A stretch of DNA of 64,000 bases from an uncultured Negativicutes bacterium (GCA_963721525.1 CAVRJL010000015.1:1-64000); one strand, 5' to 3'. Positions 1 through 10,135 are shown, counted from the first letter of the stretch. Notes: generated by a model from the sequence alone, not told the origin. Numbers and translations are program-made.

Positions 1-830
1 GTTCACCAGGTTGGGTAAATTTTATGGAATTATGTTATTCTGATCTTTTAGAATACTTATCAACTTGCAAATCACCTCAACAAATGTTTGGTACATTAGT
101 GAAAACATTTTATGCGCAGCAAAATAATATTGATCCAAAAAATATTATTTGCGTGTCAATAATGCCATGCACTGCAAAAAAAGCTGAAGCAATACGTCCA
201 GAAATGTTTTCAGACGGTAATCAAGATGTTGATTATGTTATAACAACACGTGAGCTTGCAAATATGATAAAAGCTATTGGGATTAACTTTAAAAATATTT
301 CTGAAGAAAAATTTGACGCTCCGTTAGGTATATCTACAGGCGCAGGCGTAATTTTTGGAGCAACAGGCGGAGTTATGGAAGCAGCTCTTAGAACTATTTA
401 TGAATCATTAACTAAAAAAACTTTAAAAGATATAGACTTTGTAGATTTTCGCGGCTTACAAGGAATAAAAGAAGCTACAATCAATATTAATGGACTTGAT
501 GTAAAAGTAGCAATTGCTCATACATTAAAAAACGCACGAAAAATAATGGACCTTGTCCGCACAGGTAAAGCCGATTATCATTTCATTGAAATTATGGCTT
601 GTCCTGGGGGTTGTATAGGTGGCGGTGGACAACCTTATACAAAAGAAAAAAATATTCGTCAACAACGAGTATATGCAATCTATGAGTGCGATGTATCGAT
701 GCCAATTCGTAAAGCTCATGAAAATCCGGCAATAAAATTTTTATATGAAAATTTTTTACAAAGGCCAAACGGTCCGCTAGCTCATAAATTATTACATACT
801 CATTATCACAAGCAAAGGCGCTGTTCATAA
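1..830 (+). CDS. [FeFe]-hydrogenase group A catalytic subunit, C-terminal part (5' end outside window)
   Basis: Frame is open from the window edge (SPGWVNF = end of H-cluster motif L1); L2 MPCTAKKAE, L3 EIMACPGGCIGGGGQP; small-subunit-like tail RKAHENP...LLHTHY. Confidence 0.95.
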   Translation, partial: SPGWVNFMELCYSDLLEYLSTCKSPQQMFGTLVKTFYAQQNNIDPKNIICVSIMPCTAKKAEAIRPEMFSDGNQDVDYVITTRELANMIKAIGINFKNISEEKFDAPLGISTGAGVIFGATGGVMEAALRTIYESLTKKTLKDIDFVDFRGLQGIKEATININGLDVKVAIAHTLKNARKIMDLVRTGKADYHFIEIMACPGGCIGGGGQPYTKEKNIRQQRVYAIYECDVSMPIRKAHENPAIKFLYENFLQRPNGPLAHKLLHTHYHKQRRCS

Positions 831-857
831 TTTTTTTAAAAAATTGAAATTTTATAG

Positions 858-885
858 TTGCAAGAAATAAAATTTAGGTTATAAT
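858..885 (+). promoter_or_regulatory. sigma-A-type promoter for tRNA-Leu
   Basis: TTGCAA-16 nt-TATAAT, 12 nt before the tRNA. Confidence 0.6.
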
Positions 886-897
886 AATATTTCGAAT

Positions 898-980
898 GCG
901 GGAGTGGCGGAATTGGTAGACGCGATAGACTTAGGATCTATTGGGTGACCGTGCGGGTTCAAGTCCTGTCTCCCGCACCA
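898..980 (+). tRNA. tRNA-Leu(TAG)
   Basis: GCGGGAG/CTCCCGC acceptor, ATAGA-CT-TAG-GA-TCTAT anticodon arm, GGTTCAAGTCC, encoded CCA. Confidence 0.97.
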
Positions 981-1001
981 TATTAATAAATGTTTTTATT
1001 T

Positions 1002-1035
1002 AAAGCTTTCGAAGTTTTTCTTCGAAAGCTTTTTT
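1002..1035 (+). terminator. intrinsic terminator
   Basis: AAAGCTTTCGAAG-loop-CTTCGAAAGCTTT followed by T run. Confidence 0.85.
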
Positions 1036-1125
1036 AGAGGTTAAATTTTTTTTAAAATATATTAAACTTATCATAATTAATTTTAATTTGTATAAAATAT
1101 TTATTTATTATAAAATACGGTTATT

Positions 1126-1574
1126 ATGAAAAAAAAATATTAGTATTAAATGGTCCAAATTTAAACATTTTAGGGAAGCGTGAACCCAATGTTTATGGGT
1201 ATAACAATTTAGACGAAATCAATATTGAGCTTAAAAATATTGGGGAAAAAAATTATATAACTATTGAATTTTTACAGTCTAATATAGAGGGGGAATTAAT
1301 TAATATTTTACAACATGCGGAAGAAAATTTTCAGGCAGTAATTTTTAATCCAGGTGCTTTTAGTCATTATAGTATTGCCCTTCGCGATTGTATATCGTCA
1401 GTTTCTTTACCTGTTGTAGAGGTACATATTTCTAATATTTATGCACGTGAGCAATTTAGACAATGTTCTGTTACTGCAGGGGTTTGTAGCGGTACAATAA
1501 TTGGTTTTGGCGTTGATAGTTATCGTTTAGCGTTGATAGCAATAATGAAAAAATTTAAGGATATACAATGTTGA
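1126..1574 (+). pseudogene. aroQ: type II 3-dehydroquinate dehydratase, frameshifted in an A9 tract right after ATG (otherwise intact)
   Basis: ATG-A9-TATTAG gives MKKKY*; the -1 frame reads ILVLNGPNLNILGKREPNVYG...NPGAFSHYSIALRD...EVHISNIYAREQFR to TGA 1572-1574; absent from ORF track. Confidence 0.92.
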
Positions 1575-1690
1575 ACTAAAGAATAGAAAGTTTGAATACT
1601 TTATGAAAATGGTTTTATTTATAAAAAAATTACTTATATGTATAGATGGATGGTATATAGAACGAGTAATAAGTAAATGCGTAAATTGAG
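1568..1690 (+). pseudogene. remnant of Xaa-Pro aminopeptidase (YqhT/PepQ-like) N-terminus
   Basis: KKLLICIDGWYIERVISKC* resembles the 'xITDGRYxEQA' motif; aroQ-pepQ-efp synteny. Confidence 0.4.
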
Positions 1691-1895
1691 TACTCGTTAA
1701 AATATAACGAATTTCAATATTTGAGAAAAATTTAGCAAAAATAGAGCTTAATATCTTGGAATATATACGCAAGGAGTTTATAGCATTTGTATCGACAATC
1801 AATCGATAATATTACAATCTTACAATATTCATTAGAAAAAATCTTGATCGAATTTTAAATGGCTAAAATATAAATTTTTGGAGGTGAAAGGTAAA

Positions 1896-2462
1896 ATGAT
1901 TTCAAGTAATGATTTTCACAATGGTTTAACTATAGAAATTGAAAATAATATATGGCAAATTATCGATTTTCAACATGTTAAACCCGGTAAAGGGGCAGCA
2001 TTTGTCCGTACTAAATTAAGAAATGTCAAAACAGGTGCTGTTGTTGAACGAACTTTCAATTCCGGAGAAAAAGTAGCTAAAGCGCGGATTGATCGCCGTA
2101 AAATGCAATATTTATATTCCAATAATATACAATATACTTTTATGGACAATGAAACATTTGAACAAATAGAAGTTACAAAAGAACAATTAGGAGATGTAAT
2201 TAATTTTCTTAAGGAAAATATAGATATAGAGTTTATGTTCTTTATGGGAAAGATAATAGGAATAGAGTTACCTATTTATGTTGATTTGAAAGTCATTGAA
2301 GCAGACCCTGGAATAAAAGGAGATACAGCAACAGGAGGCAATAAATTAGCTACATTGGAAACAAGGTACGTAGTTCGCGTTCCATTATTTATCGTACAAG
2401 GAGATATTCTTAAAATAGATACTCGGTCTGGTGAATATGTTGAAAGAGTAAATAGCAAATAA
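1896..2462 (+). CDS. efp: elongation factor P
   Basis: FQHVKPGKGAAFVR, YVER; GGAGG RBS before ATG 1896. Confidence 0.98.
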   Translation: MISSNDFHNGLTIEIENNIWQIIDFQHVKPGKGAAFVRTKLRNVKTGAVVERTFNSGEKVAKARIDRRKMQYLYSNNIQYTFMDNETFEQIEVTKEQLGDVINFLKENIDIEFMFFMGKIIGIELPIYVDLKVIEADPGIKGDTATGGNKLATLETRYVVRVPLFIVQGDILKIDTRSGEYVERVNSK

Positions 2463-2482
2463 CAAATAAGGTACTTTAATTT

Positions 2483-2731
2483 ATGAATAATTTAACACTA
2501 GTTGACAAAAATATTATAGGCCCAATAATTATAACTGAACAAGCAATTGCGGCAATTATAATTAGTATTATTGAAAATGATGAAGAAGTTTTTGGTTTTA
2601 GCGGCGGATTTATAAGTGAAATTAAACATAAAATTAATGTCAATACTGTGCAAGGAATTAATATCAGTTTAAATCTTGAAGTTAGCGAAGTTAATGTGAA
2701 TATAGAAGGATTAAAATTTAGGAATGATTAA
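2483..2731 (+). pseudogene. Asp23/Gls24 (YqhY-like) protein with internal deletion, 82 aa
   Basis: N-terminal GPIIITEQAIAAI..GFSGGF and C-terminal LEVSEVNVNIEGL both present, middle missing; efp-yqhY-nusB synteny. Confidence 0.65.
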
Positions 2732-3170
2732 AAAAAAAATAACGAGGAGAAAATTAAGAGAACTAGCATTACAGATATTATTTGCTTCTGAATTTCAAAA
2801 AAATAAGATTGACCCCATAAATTGGGAAATAGTTATAGAATTATTAGAAGAAAATTATGGAGAAGAAAAATACGAATTTTCTAAAGATCTATATAAAGGT
2901 ACTTTAAAAAATTTACTTAAAATTGATTCTATAATAGAACGCTCAATAATAAATTGGGAAATTAATAGAATTACCATTATTGATAAAAATATTATTCGTT
3001 TAGCAATTTTCGAAATGTATTTTTCAAATGAAAAAACTAAACTAGAAATTGCTATCAATGAAGCAATCGAATTAGCAAAAAAATTTGGAAATGAGGATTC
3101 ATCAAAATTTGTTAACGGAGTATTATCAGCGGTAGTAAAAAATAAATTATACAATGAAGAATTTATATAA
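2724..3170 (+). CDS. nusB: transcription antitermination factor NusB
   Basis: RRKLRELALQILF, IDKNIIRLAIFE, INEAIELAKKFG, FVNGVL. Confidence 0.97.
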   Translation: MIKKKITRRKLRELALQILFASEFQKNKIDPINWEIVIELLEENYGEEKYEFSKDLYKGTLKNLLKIDSIIERSIINWEINRITIIDKNIIRLAIFEMYFSNEKTKLEIAINEAIELAKKFGNEDSSKFVNGVLSAVVKNKLYNEEFI

Positions 3171-3313
3171 TAAAAATAATCTGACAAATGGAGAAACGAA
3201 GATTTATTTTTCAACGAAGAATTAGGTGAATTTTAAATTGGAATAAAAGTTTCTCATATTAAAGAATGTATGAATAGCATAAGATTAGGATAATTGTCTT
3301 TAACGAGGTATTT

Positions 3314-4189
3314 ATGGAACAATCAAAAATAAAAAAAAGAAAAGAATTAATTGAAAAACGTTTAAATGAGCTTATTCCGCAAAATTGTTACCCGCAGAAA
3401 ATTCATGAAGCAATGCGATATAGTTTATTGGCAGGTGGCAAAAGAATACGACCTATATTTTTTATTTCAAGTGCTGACGCAGTGGGAGTAAATGGAGAAC
3501 AATTTTTAGACGCAGCATGTGCGCTAGAAATGATTCATACTTATTCCTTAATTCATGATGATTTACCTGCTATGGATAATGACGATTATCGTCGAGGACG
3601 CTTGGCAAATCATAAATTTTTTGGAGAAGGCATAGCAATTTTAGCAGGAGATGGATTGCTTACTTTAGCTTTTAAAACTCTTTTGCTTCAGCCTAAAATT
3701 AACGCTAAAAAACTAAATGAAATAGCAATTTTATACGCAGATTGCGCCGGCTCCACAGGAATGATAGGCGGACAAATTCTTGATATAGAAAATACAAATA
3801 AGGTTATTACTGATACCGAATTAGAATATATGCATCAAGCAAAGACAGCACAATTATTTCGCGCTGCTTTAATAGGTGGGGTAATAGCTGCAGGCGGTGA
3901 TGAAACAGAGATCGAATCAATAGATAATTATGCAAAACATTATGGTTTAGCTTTCCAAATAACAGATGACATTTTAGACGTTATAAGTAATATAGAAAAA
4001 TTAGGTAAACCTATCGGTTCTGATAAGAAAAACCTAAAAAATACTTATGTTTCTCGCTATGGAATTAATAAAGCAAAAAAATTAGCACTAGAAGCTGTTC
4101 AAAAGGCACAAAATTGTCTAACTATTTTTAACGGAAATAGCGATTTTTTAAAAAATGCAGTCGAACAGTTATTATTTCGAAAAATATGA
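3314..4189 (+). CDS. ispA: farnesyl/geranylgeranyl diphosphate synthase
   Basis: GGKRIRP, LIHDDLPAMDNDDYRRG, FQITDDILD. Confidence 0.97.
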   Translation: MEQSKIKKRKELIEKRLNELIPQNCYPQKIHEAMRYSLLAGGKRIRPIFFISSADAVGVNGEQFLDAACALEMIHTYSLIHDDLPAMDNDDYRRGRLANHKFFGEGIAILAGDGLLTLAFKTLLLQPKINAKKLNEIAILYADCAGSTGMIGGQILDIENTNKVITDTELEYMHQAKTAQLFRAALIGGVIAAGGDETEIESIDNYAKHYGLAFQITDDILDVISNIEKLGKPIGSDKKNLKNTYVSRYGINKAKKLALEAVQKAQNCLTIFNGNSDFLKNAVEQLLFRKI

Positions 4190-4224
4190 GAAATTATATT
4201 GGCATGTATAATGGAGGCTCGTAA

Positions 4225-6114
4225 ATGAGCAATTGGATTAACACAATAAATTCTTTAAATGACTTCAAAAAAATTCCTATTCAATATTATTCCCAACTCG
4301 CTGAAGAAATTCGCGAAATGCTAATAAATACTACCTCTGTCAATGGCGGACATTTGGCTTCAAATTTAGGAGTAGTTGAATTAACGTTAGCGTTGCATAA
4401 AATTTTCAATTGTCCTGTCGATAAAATAGTATGGGATGTAGGACATCAGTCTTATACTCACAAAATCTTAACGGGCCGTAGAAATAAATTTACAACTTTA
4501 AGACAATTTAACGGATTAAGTGGATTTCCAAAGCTTGAAGAGAGTATTTATGATTGTTTTGGCACAGGGCATGCTGGAACATCGGTTTCAGCTGCGCTTG
4601 GATTTGCTTTATCTAGAGATATAGATAATGATAACTTTTCCTCTATAGCTATTACTGGAGACGGAGCATTTACTTGCGGTATGATTTATGAAGCTTTAAA
4701 TCAAGCGGGGCACTCCGGAACTAATATTACTATTATTTTAAATGATAACGCTATGTCTATTTCTAAAAATGTTGGTGCTTTATCCAAATACTTTCTTAAA
4801 CTGAGAACAATGCCAGTTTATTCAAAAGTCAAAAAAAATTTAGAAACTTTTCTACGAAAAATTCCTGCATTAGGCAACAGTTTCATCGATTATGGCGAAA
4901 AATTTAAAGATATAGTAAAACATGTAATAATGCCTGGTGCTTTTTTTGAAGAAATAGGATTTAAATATATTGGCCCTATAAATGGACATAATATACAAGA
5001 AATGTTAGAAATTTTTGAAAATACAAGAAAAGAAAAAGGACCTATTGTTTTACATGTACTTACACAAAAAGGAAAAGGATATAAGCCTGCTGAAACCAAT
5101 TCTGATAAATTTCATGGGATCGGTCCTTTTTCAATTTCTACAGGAAAGAAAATAAAAAAGAAAAATGCTCCTGAAAGTTATACAAAAGTTTTCTCTAATA
5201 TATTAGTTCACGAGGCACAACGAGATAAAAACATTGTGGCTATTACAGCTGCAATGAAATATGGTTCAGGATTAGAAAAATTTGCTGAGATATTTCCTAC
5301 GAGATTTTTTGATGTTGGTATTGCTGAAGAACATGCGGTAACATTAGGATCAGCTATAGCATCAACCGGGAAAAAAGTTATAATTTCTATATACTCTACT
5401 TTTTTACAAAGATCTTACGACAATATTATTCACGACGTATGTTTGCAAAATATACCAGTAATTTTTATGTTAGATCGAGCCGGTGTAATCGGAGAGGATG
5501 GACCAACTCATAATGGTGTCTTTGATTTATCATATTTAAGACATATACCTTTGATGAATATTGCCGCGCCAAAAGACGAAGTAGAACTAAAAGCACTATT
5601 TAGATGTGCATTAGAACTTAATAAACCAATCGCTATTCGTTATCCGAAAGAAAATGGGGTAGGAATTGATTATATGGCAAATAATGAAAAAATTATTTTT
5701 GGTACAGGTGAAAGATTAATAGAAGGTCAAGAAATTGTTTTATTAGCTATAGGTTCTATGGTGCAAGAAGTAATAGAAGCTGCGCGACTATTACAAGTCA
5801 AAAATATATATGCTAGCGTTATAAATATGAGGTTTATTAAACCTCTTGATGAATATTTATTATTAAATTTAGCAAAAAAAAATAAAATTTTTTTTACAAT
5901 AGAAGATAATATTATCCAAGGTGGTTTCGGTTCAGCCATTTTAGAATTTTTTAATGAAAACAATTTAATGAAAAAACTTATAAGATTAGGATTTCCTGAT
6001 AAATTTATTGAACAAGGACCAAGAAAGTTTATTTTAGAAAAATACAACTTATCAGCAAAAAAAATAGCTGCTAAAATATTACGATATATACAAATTCAAA
6101 ATGAAAATGAATGA
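4225..6114 (+). CDS. dxs: 1-deoxy-D-xylulose-5-phosphate synthase
   Basis: GGHLASNLG, WDVGHQSY, GDGA..ND, GIAEEHA, GEDGPTH. Confidence 0.98.
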   Translation: MSNWINTINSLNDFKKIPIQYYSQLAEEIREMLINTTSVNGGHLASNLGVVELTLALHKIFNCPVDKIVWDVGHQSYTHKILTGRRNKFTTLRQFNGLSGFPKLEESIYDCFGTGHAGTSVSAALGFALSRDIDNDNFSSIAITGDGAFTCGMIYEALNQAGHSGTNITIILNDNAMSISKNVGALSKYFLKLRTMPVYSKVKKNLETFLRKIPALGNSFIDYGEKFKDIVKHVIMPGAFFEEIGFKYIGPINGHNIQEMLEIFENTRKEKGPIVLHVLTQKGKGYKPAETNSDKFHGIGPFSISTGKKIKKKNAPESYTKVFSNILVHEAQRDKNIVAITAAMKYGSGLEKFAEIFPTRFFDVGIAEEHAVTLGSAIASTGKKVIISIYSTFLQRSYDNIIHDVCLQNIPVIFMLDRAGVIGEDGPTHNGVFDLSYLRHIPLMNIAAPKDEVELKALFRCALELNKPIAIRYPKENGVGIDYMANNEKIIFGTGERLIEGQEIVLLAIGSMVQEVIEAARLLQVKNIYASVINMRFIKPLDEYLLLNLAKKNKIFFTIEDNIIQGGFGSAILEFFNENNLMKKLIRLGFPDKFIEQGPRKFILEKYNLSAKKIAAKILRYIQIQNENE

Positions 6115-6915
6115 AAAAAAACGGTTAGATATATTATTGGTAGAAAAAATGTTTGCTCCAACTAGAGAAAAAGCTCAAGCATATATATTATCTGGAATGG
6201 TTAAAGTAGACAATCATATTTCTACTAAAGCAGGAGTAAAAATAAGTATAAATTCAAATCTTGAGCTAATAAATAAAAAAAGAATATATGTATCTCGCGG
6301 GGGATTAAAATTAGAAAAAGGATTAAAAATATTCTCCATTAATTTAGTAAATAAAATTGTAGCGGATATTGGGGCATCAACCGGTGGATTCACTGACTGC
6401 GCGTTGAAAAATGGGGCAATCAAAGTTTATGCTATTGATGTTGGATATGGTCAGTTAGATTGGAAATTGCGCACTGATGATCGCGTAATTAATATGGAAA
6501 AAGTAAATGCTAGGTTTTTAACTGAGAATTCTCTAGAAAAAGTTGATTTTGTATGCGCGGATGTTTCTTTTATTTCATTGGAAAAAATATTGCCAATAAT
6601 TTACTTAATATTTAAAGAAAATAGCGAAGCAATACTTCTCATTAAACCACAATTTGAAGTAGAAAAAAAAATATAGGGAAAAAAGGAGTAGTTAAAGAAC
6701 TTAAAGCTCATATTAGCGTAATTAGAAAAATTATAGTTTTTGCTAATAAAATTGGTTTTACGATAAAGGGTTTAACTTTTTCCCCTATAAAAGGACCTGA
6801 AGGAAATATTGAATATTTATTATATATAAAAAAGGCAATTGTTAAAAAAAAGATGGAAAGTGAATTAAATATTGAAAAAATAGTTTATGCTGCTGGCGTG
6901 GAATTAAATAAATAA
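6101..6915 (+). pseudogene. tlyA: TlyA rRNA methyltransferase, frameshifted at A9 tract 6663-6671
   Basis: S4 domain, YVSRGGLKL, DIGASTGGFTD, KPQFE, then stop at 6676; shifted frame continues IGKKGVVK...FSPIKGPEGNIEYL to TAA 6913-6915. Confidence 0.92.
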
Positions 6916-6951
6916 TGTATATAGTTGTTATTGGAGGTTTATCAAGTAATT

Positions 6952-7776
6952 ATGTTAAAAATAGGTTTATTCCCTAATTTACTCAAAAAAGAAGTTTTAA
7001 ATTCTATAGACCTAATAACAAATCTTTTGAAAGAATGCGGCTTAAACATAATTTTGTATGATAATAAAACAAATGAAGTTATAAATAGAAAAAATATTGA
7101 TATAGCGATTTCTATAGGCGGCGACGGAACAATGATAAAAAATATTCGGGAATTATCTAAACATAATATACCTGTTTTTGGTATTAATATGGGACGTATA
7201 GGATTTTTAAACGAAATAGAATTAAAAGAACTTAAACAAGTTGGTATAAAATTATTTAATAAAGAGTACACGATAGAAAAACGTATAATGACAAAAATTA
7301 ATATTTATCGTAATTTAGAGAAAATTTTTTCTGATATTGCCTTAAACGATGTAGTAATTTGTAAAACAGGATTTTTAAGATTGTTACGTTCTTTTTTATA
7401 TATAAATGAAAATTTTATTGAATCATATCCTGCAGATGGAGTAATTATAGCTACTCCTACGGGTTCAACAGGATATGCACTTAGCGCAGGGGGACCTATT
7501 ATATCGCCATCATTGAATGTATTAACAATTATTCCTATCTGCCCACATTTGCTGCACATAAGGCCTATAATAATCCCCTCCAAAGAAAAAATAAAGGTAA
7601 CTTTTGAACCTACAGAAGATGGAGCAGAATTATTATTGGACGGACAGGTAGGATTTCCTTTAAAAAATAATGATACAATAGAAATTACACAAGCTAAGTA
7701 TCAAGCTCGATTTTTAAAGTTTTCACAAAATAAATCTTTTTACGAAGCAATTAGAACAAAATTACATCTGCTTTGA
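6952..7776 (+). CDS. nadK: NAD kinase
   Basis: GGDGT, GINMGRIGFL, ALNDVV, DGVIIATPTGSTGYALSAGGP. Confidence 0.97.
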   Translation: MLKIGLFPNLLKKEVLNSIDLITNLLKECGLNIILYDNKTNEVINRKNIDIAISIGGDGTMIKNIRELSKHNIPVFGINMGRIGFLNEIELKELKQVGIKLFNKEYTIEKRIMTKINIYRNLEKIFSDIALNDVVICKTGFLRLLRSFLYINENFIESYPADGVIIATPTGSTGYALSAGGPIISPSLNVLTIIPICPHLLHIRPIIIPSKEKIKVTFEPTEDGAELLLDGQVGFPLKNNDTIEITQAKYQARFLKFSQNKSFYEAIRTKLHLL

Positions 7777-7789
7777 ATAAAATATAAAA

Positions 7790-7945
7790 ATAGATTTATT
7801 ATCTAAGGGGAACTTGCCAAACTTTTATTAAAATCTGAATTAAAAGGTGTAAAGTTAGTTATTTAATCAGCATGTGTGACTAGATATGATACTTTATTTA
7901 TAGCGAAAGAAATTAAAAATAAAGCAAAATATATTTTTTTATCAA
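7790..7945 (+). pseudogene. argR: arginine repressor remnant
   Basis: II*GELAKLL...VI*SACVTRYD aligns by eye to ArgR 'TQEELxxxL...VTQATVSRD'; nadK-argR-recN synteny. Confidence 0.55.
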
Positions 7946-8163
7946 TGTGGATGTGTTTAATTTAGAATATTTAGCTATAATCGCATATAATAATATATAA
8001 ATAGTTATAGAGTTATACTTCAGTAATTTAAAACTTTAGGAATTTTATGAATTAATATACACAGCTAATATAAAAATCAGTCTTTATCAATTCCAAAAAA
8101 AACATATAAAATGTTTAACAAATTGTTTAAAGACTATAATAAAAGCTAATAAAGATTATGAAA

Positions 8164-8435
8164 ATGTTTTTATCAAAATTACAAAATAAAAAACGAATTA
8201 TAAAAAACACAGATAAAAACAAAATTAGATTAGAAAATTCAGTTAAAATTTTAAAAGACTCAGGAAAATCGTAGGATTGTTAAAAAAATATACGATTTAG
8301 TAATGCCTAATACTAATTTTTCGGTTGTTTTTAAATTAATCTAACAACTTGCTCGTTATGAAAAAAATAAGATCATTAAGTAAATTAATGGATATTGAAA
8401 ATAATTCTGGGCCTGGTGTAAATATGGAAGAGTAA
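8164..8435 (+). pseudogene. recN: RecN remnant fragments
   Basis: MFLSKLQ...IRLENSVKILKDSGKS* resembles the RecN N-terminal Walker A region; DIENNSGPG resembles 'VEFLxSxNPG'; synteny. Confidence 0.4.
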
Positions 8436-8493
8436 TTAATTGAAGAAATAAAAAATAATTTAAAAAATATTATTTTATAACAAATTAGCATTA

Positions 8494-8522
8494 TTGACAC
8501 TTAGAAAAAACTTTGATATAGT
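8494..8522 (+). promoter_or_regulatory. sigma-A promoter of iscS operon
   Basis: TTGACA-17 nt-TATAGT with TG extended -10. Confidence 0.75.
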
Positions 8523-8560
8523 CAGAATATGGGTTATATAAGCTGTAATGGAGAGTTTTT

Positions 8561-9727
8561 ATGATCAAAATATATTTTGATAACGCAGCAACGACAAAAA
8601 TTGACGATAAGGTTGTTGAAATTATTAATCAGGCTATGATTAATAATTATGGAAATCCGTCAAGTATACATTCTTTTGGTAGTCAAGCCAGAAAATTAGT
8701 TGAAGAAGCAAGAGAAAAGGTTGCAATTTTATTAAATGCAAAACCTATTGAAATAGTTTTTACAAGCGGAGCTACAGAATCTAACAATTTAGCAATAAAA
8801 GGTGTAGCTGATGCTGCTATAAAAAAAGGTAAGCATATAATAACTTCAGCAATTGAGCATCATGCAGTTTTACATACTGTTGATTACTTGGTTAAACACG
8901 GATGGGAAGCTAGTATATTACCTGTTAATGAATATGGATTAATAAATCCGGAAGAAGTAGCTCAAACAATAAGGACTGATACAGTTTTAGTCTCAATTAT
9001 GTTTGCAAATAATGAAGTCGGAACAATCCAGCCCATAAAAGAAATAGGGGCTATTTGTAGAAAAAAAAACGTATATTTTCATACAGACGCTGTTCAAGCA
9101 GTAACAAATATTCCTGTTGATGTTGAAAAAATGAATATTGATTTATTGTCTTTGAGCGGACATAAAATTCATTCTGTTAAGGGATGTGGAGCATTATACA
9201 TCAAGAAAGGAGTAAAAATATTTCCAATACAGCATGGTGGGAGTCACGAACGAAATCTCAGAGCTGGAACGGAAAATGTACCTGGAATCTCAGGATTGGG
9301 AAAAGCTGTTGAAATTGGGTTAATAGAGTTGCAAGACAAAAAAAAACATTTGGAAAAATTACGAAATAAAATGATTAGAGGGATATTTGATAAAATTAAT
9401 TATGTGAAATTAAATGGACATCCTGAAAAAAGATTGCCTGGGAATGTTAATTTTAGTTTTAAATTCATCGAGGGAGAGTCTTTGTTACTAAATTTAGATT
9501 TACAAGGTATTGCAGCTACAAGCGGTTCGGCTTGTACTTCTGGTTCTTTAGATCCTTCGCATGTTTTGCTTGCTATGGGATTAGACCATGAGACTGCTCA
9601 TGGCTCTTTACGGTTATCTTTTAGTAAGTTTAACACCGAAAAAGAAGTTAATGAATTTTTAAAGATTGTTCCAGGCATCGTTGGAAAATTAAGAAAAATG
9701 TCTCCTTTATATAAAAATAATAAGTAA
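8561..9727 (+). CDS. iscS: cysteine desulfurase IscS/NifS
   Basis: YFDNAATT, FTSGATES, HTDAVQA, SGHK, SGSACTS. Confidence 0.98.
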   Translation: MIKIYFDNAATTKIDDKVVEIINQAMINNYGNPSSIHSFGSQARKLVEEAREKVAILLNAKPIEIVFTSGATESNNLAIKGVADAAIKKGKHIITSAIEHHAVLHTVDYLVKHGWEASILPVNEYGLINPEEVAQTIRTDTVLVSIMFANNEVGTIQPIKEIGAICRKKNVYFHTDAVQAVTNIPVDVEKMNIDLLSLSGHKIHSVKGCGALYIKKGVKIFPIQHGGSHERNLRAGTENVPGISGLGKAVEIGLIELQDKKKHLEKLRNKMIRGIFDKINYVKLNGHPEKRLPGNVNFSFKFIEGESLLLNLDLQGIAATSGSACTSGSLDPSHVLLAMGLDHETAHGSLRLSFSKFNTEKEVNEFLKIVPGIVGKLRKMSPLYKNNK

Positions 9728-9754
9728 TTTTAGAGTTAAATAAAGAGGTGTAAA

Positions 9755-10132
9755 ATGTATTCAGAAAAAGTTATGGATCATTTTCAACATCCACGAAATT
9801 GCGGTGAAATCGATAATCCCAGTGGAATAGGAGAGGTTGGGAATCTTAAATGTGGCGATATAATGAGAGTATTTATTTTAGTGGACAAAAATGATATTAT
9901 TACAGATATAAAATTTAAAACATTTGGCTGCGGAGCTGCTATTGCTACAAGTAGTGTTATGACTGAAATGGTTAAAGGCAAACCATTGGATGAAGCAACA
10001 ACACTCACAAATAAACAAGTAGCTGAAAAACTAGGAGGATTACCCCCAGTGAAGCTTCATTGTTCAAATTTAGCTGCTGATGCTCTTCATAAAGCGATAA
10101 AAAATTATATGGAAAAAAAGAAAAAGGCGTAA
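9755..10132 (+). CDS. iscU: Fe-S scaffold IscU/NifU-N
   Basis: MYSEKVMDHF, CGD, FGCGAAIA, LPPVKLHCS. Confidence 0.97.
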   Translation: MYSEKVMDHFQHPRNCGEIDNPSGIGEVGNLKCGDIMRVFILVDKNDIITDIKFKTFGCGAAIATSSVMTEMVKGKPLDEATTLTNKQVAEKLGGLPPVKLHCSNLAADALHKAIKNYMEKKKKA

Positions 10133-10135
10133 GTT

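Noticed and set aside
2355-2372. AGG at a conserved Gly of EF-P suggested codon reassignment
   Set aside because: AGG encodes conserved Arg in Dxs (NMRF), TlyA (NARF) and AlaS (TRHH); CGG encodes conserved Arg in TlyA (KRLD) and EF-P (DTR); TGA terminates genes at expected ends. Standard code 11 fits.
3171-3313. Possible xseB remnant (F*IGIKVS..KEC)
   Set aside because: Synteny fits but similarity is too short to support
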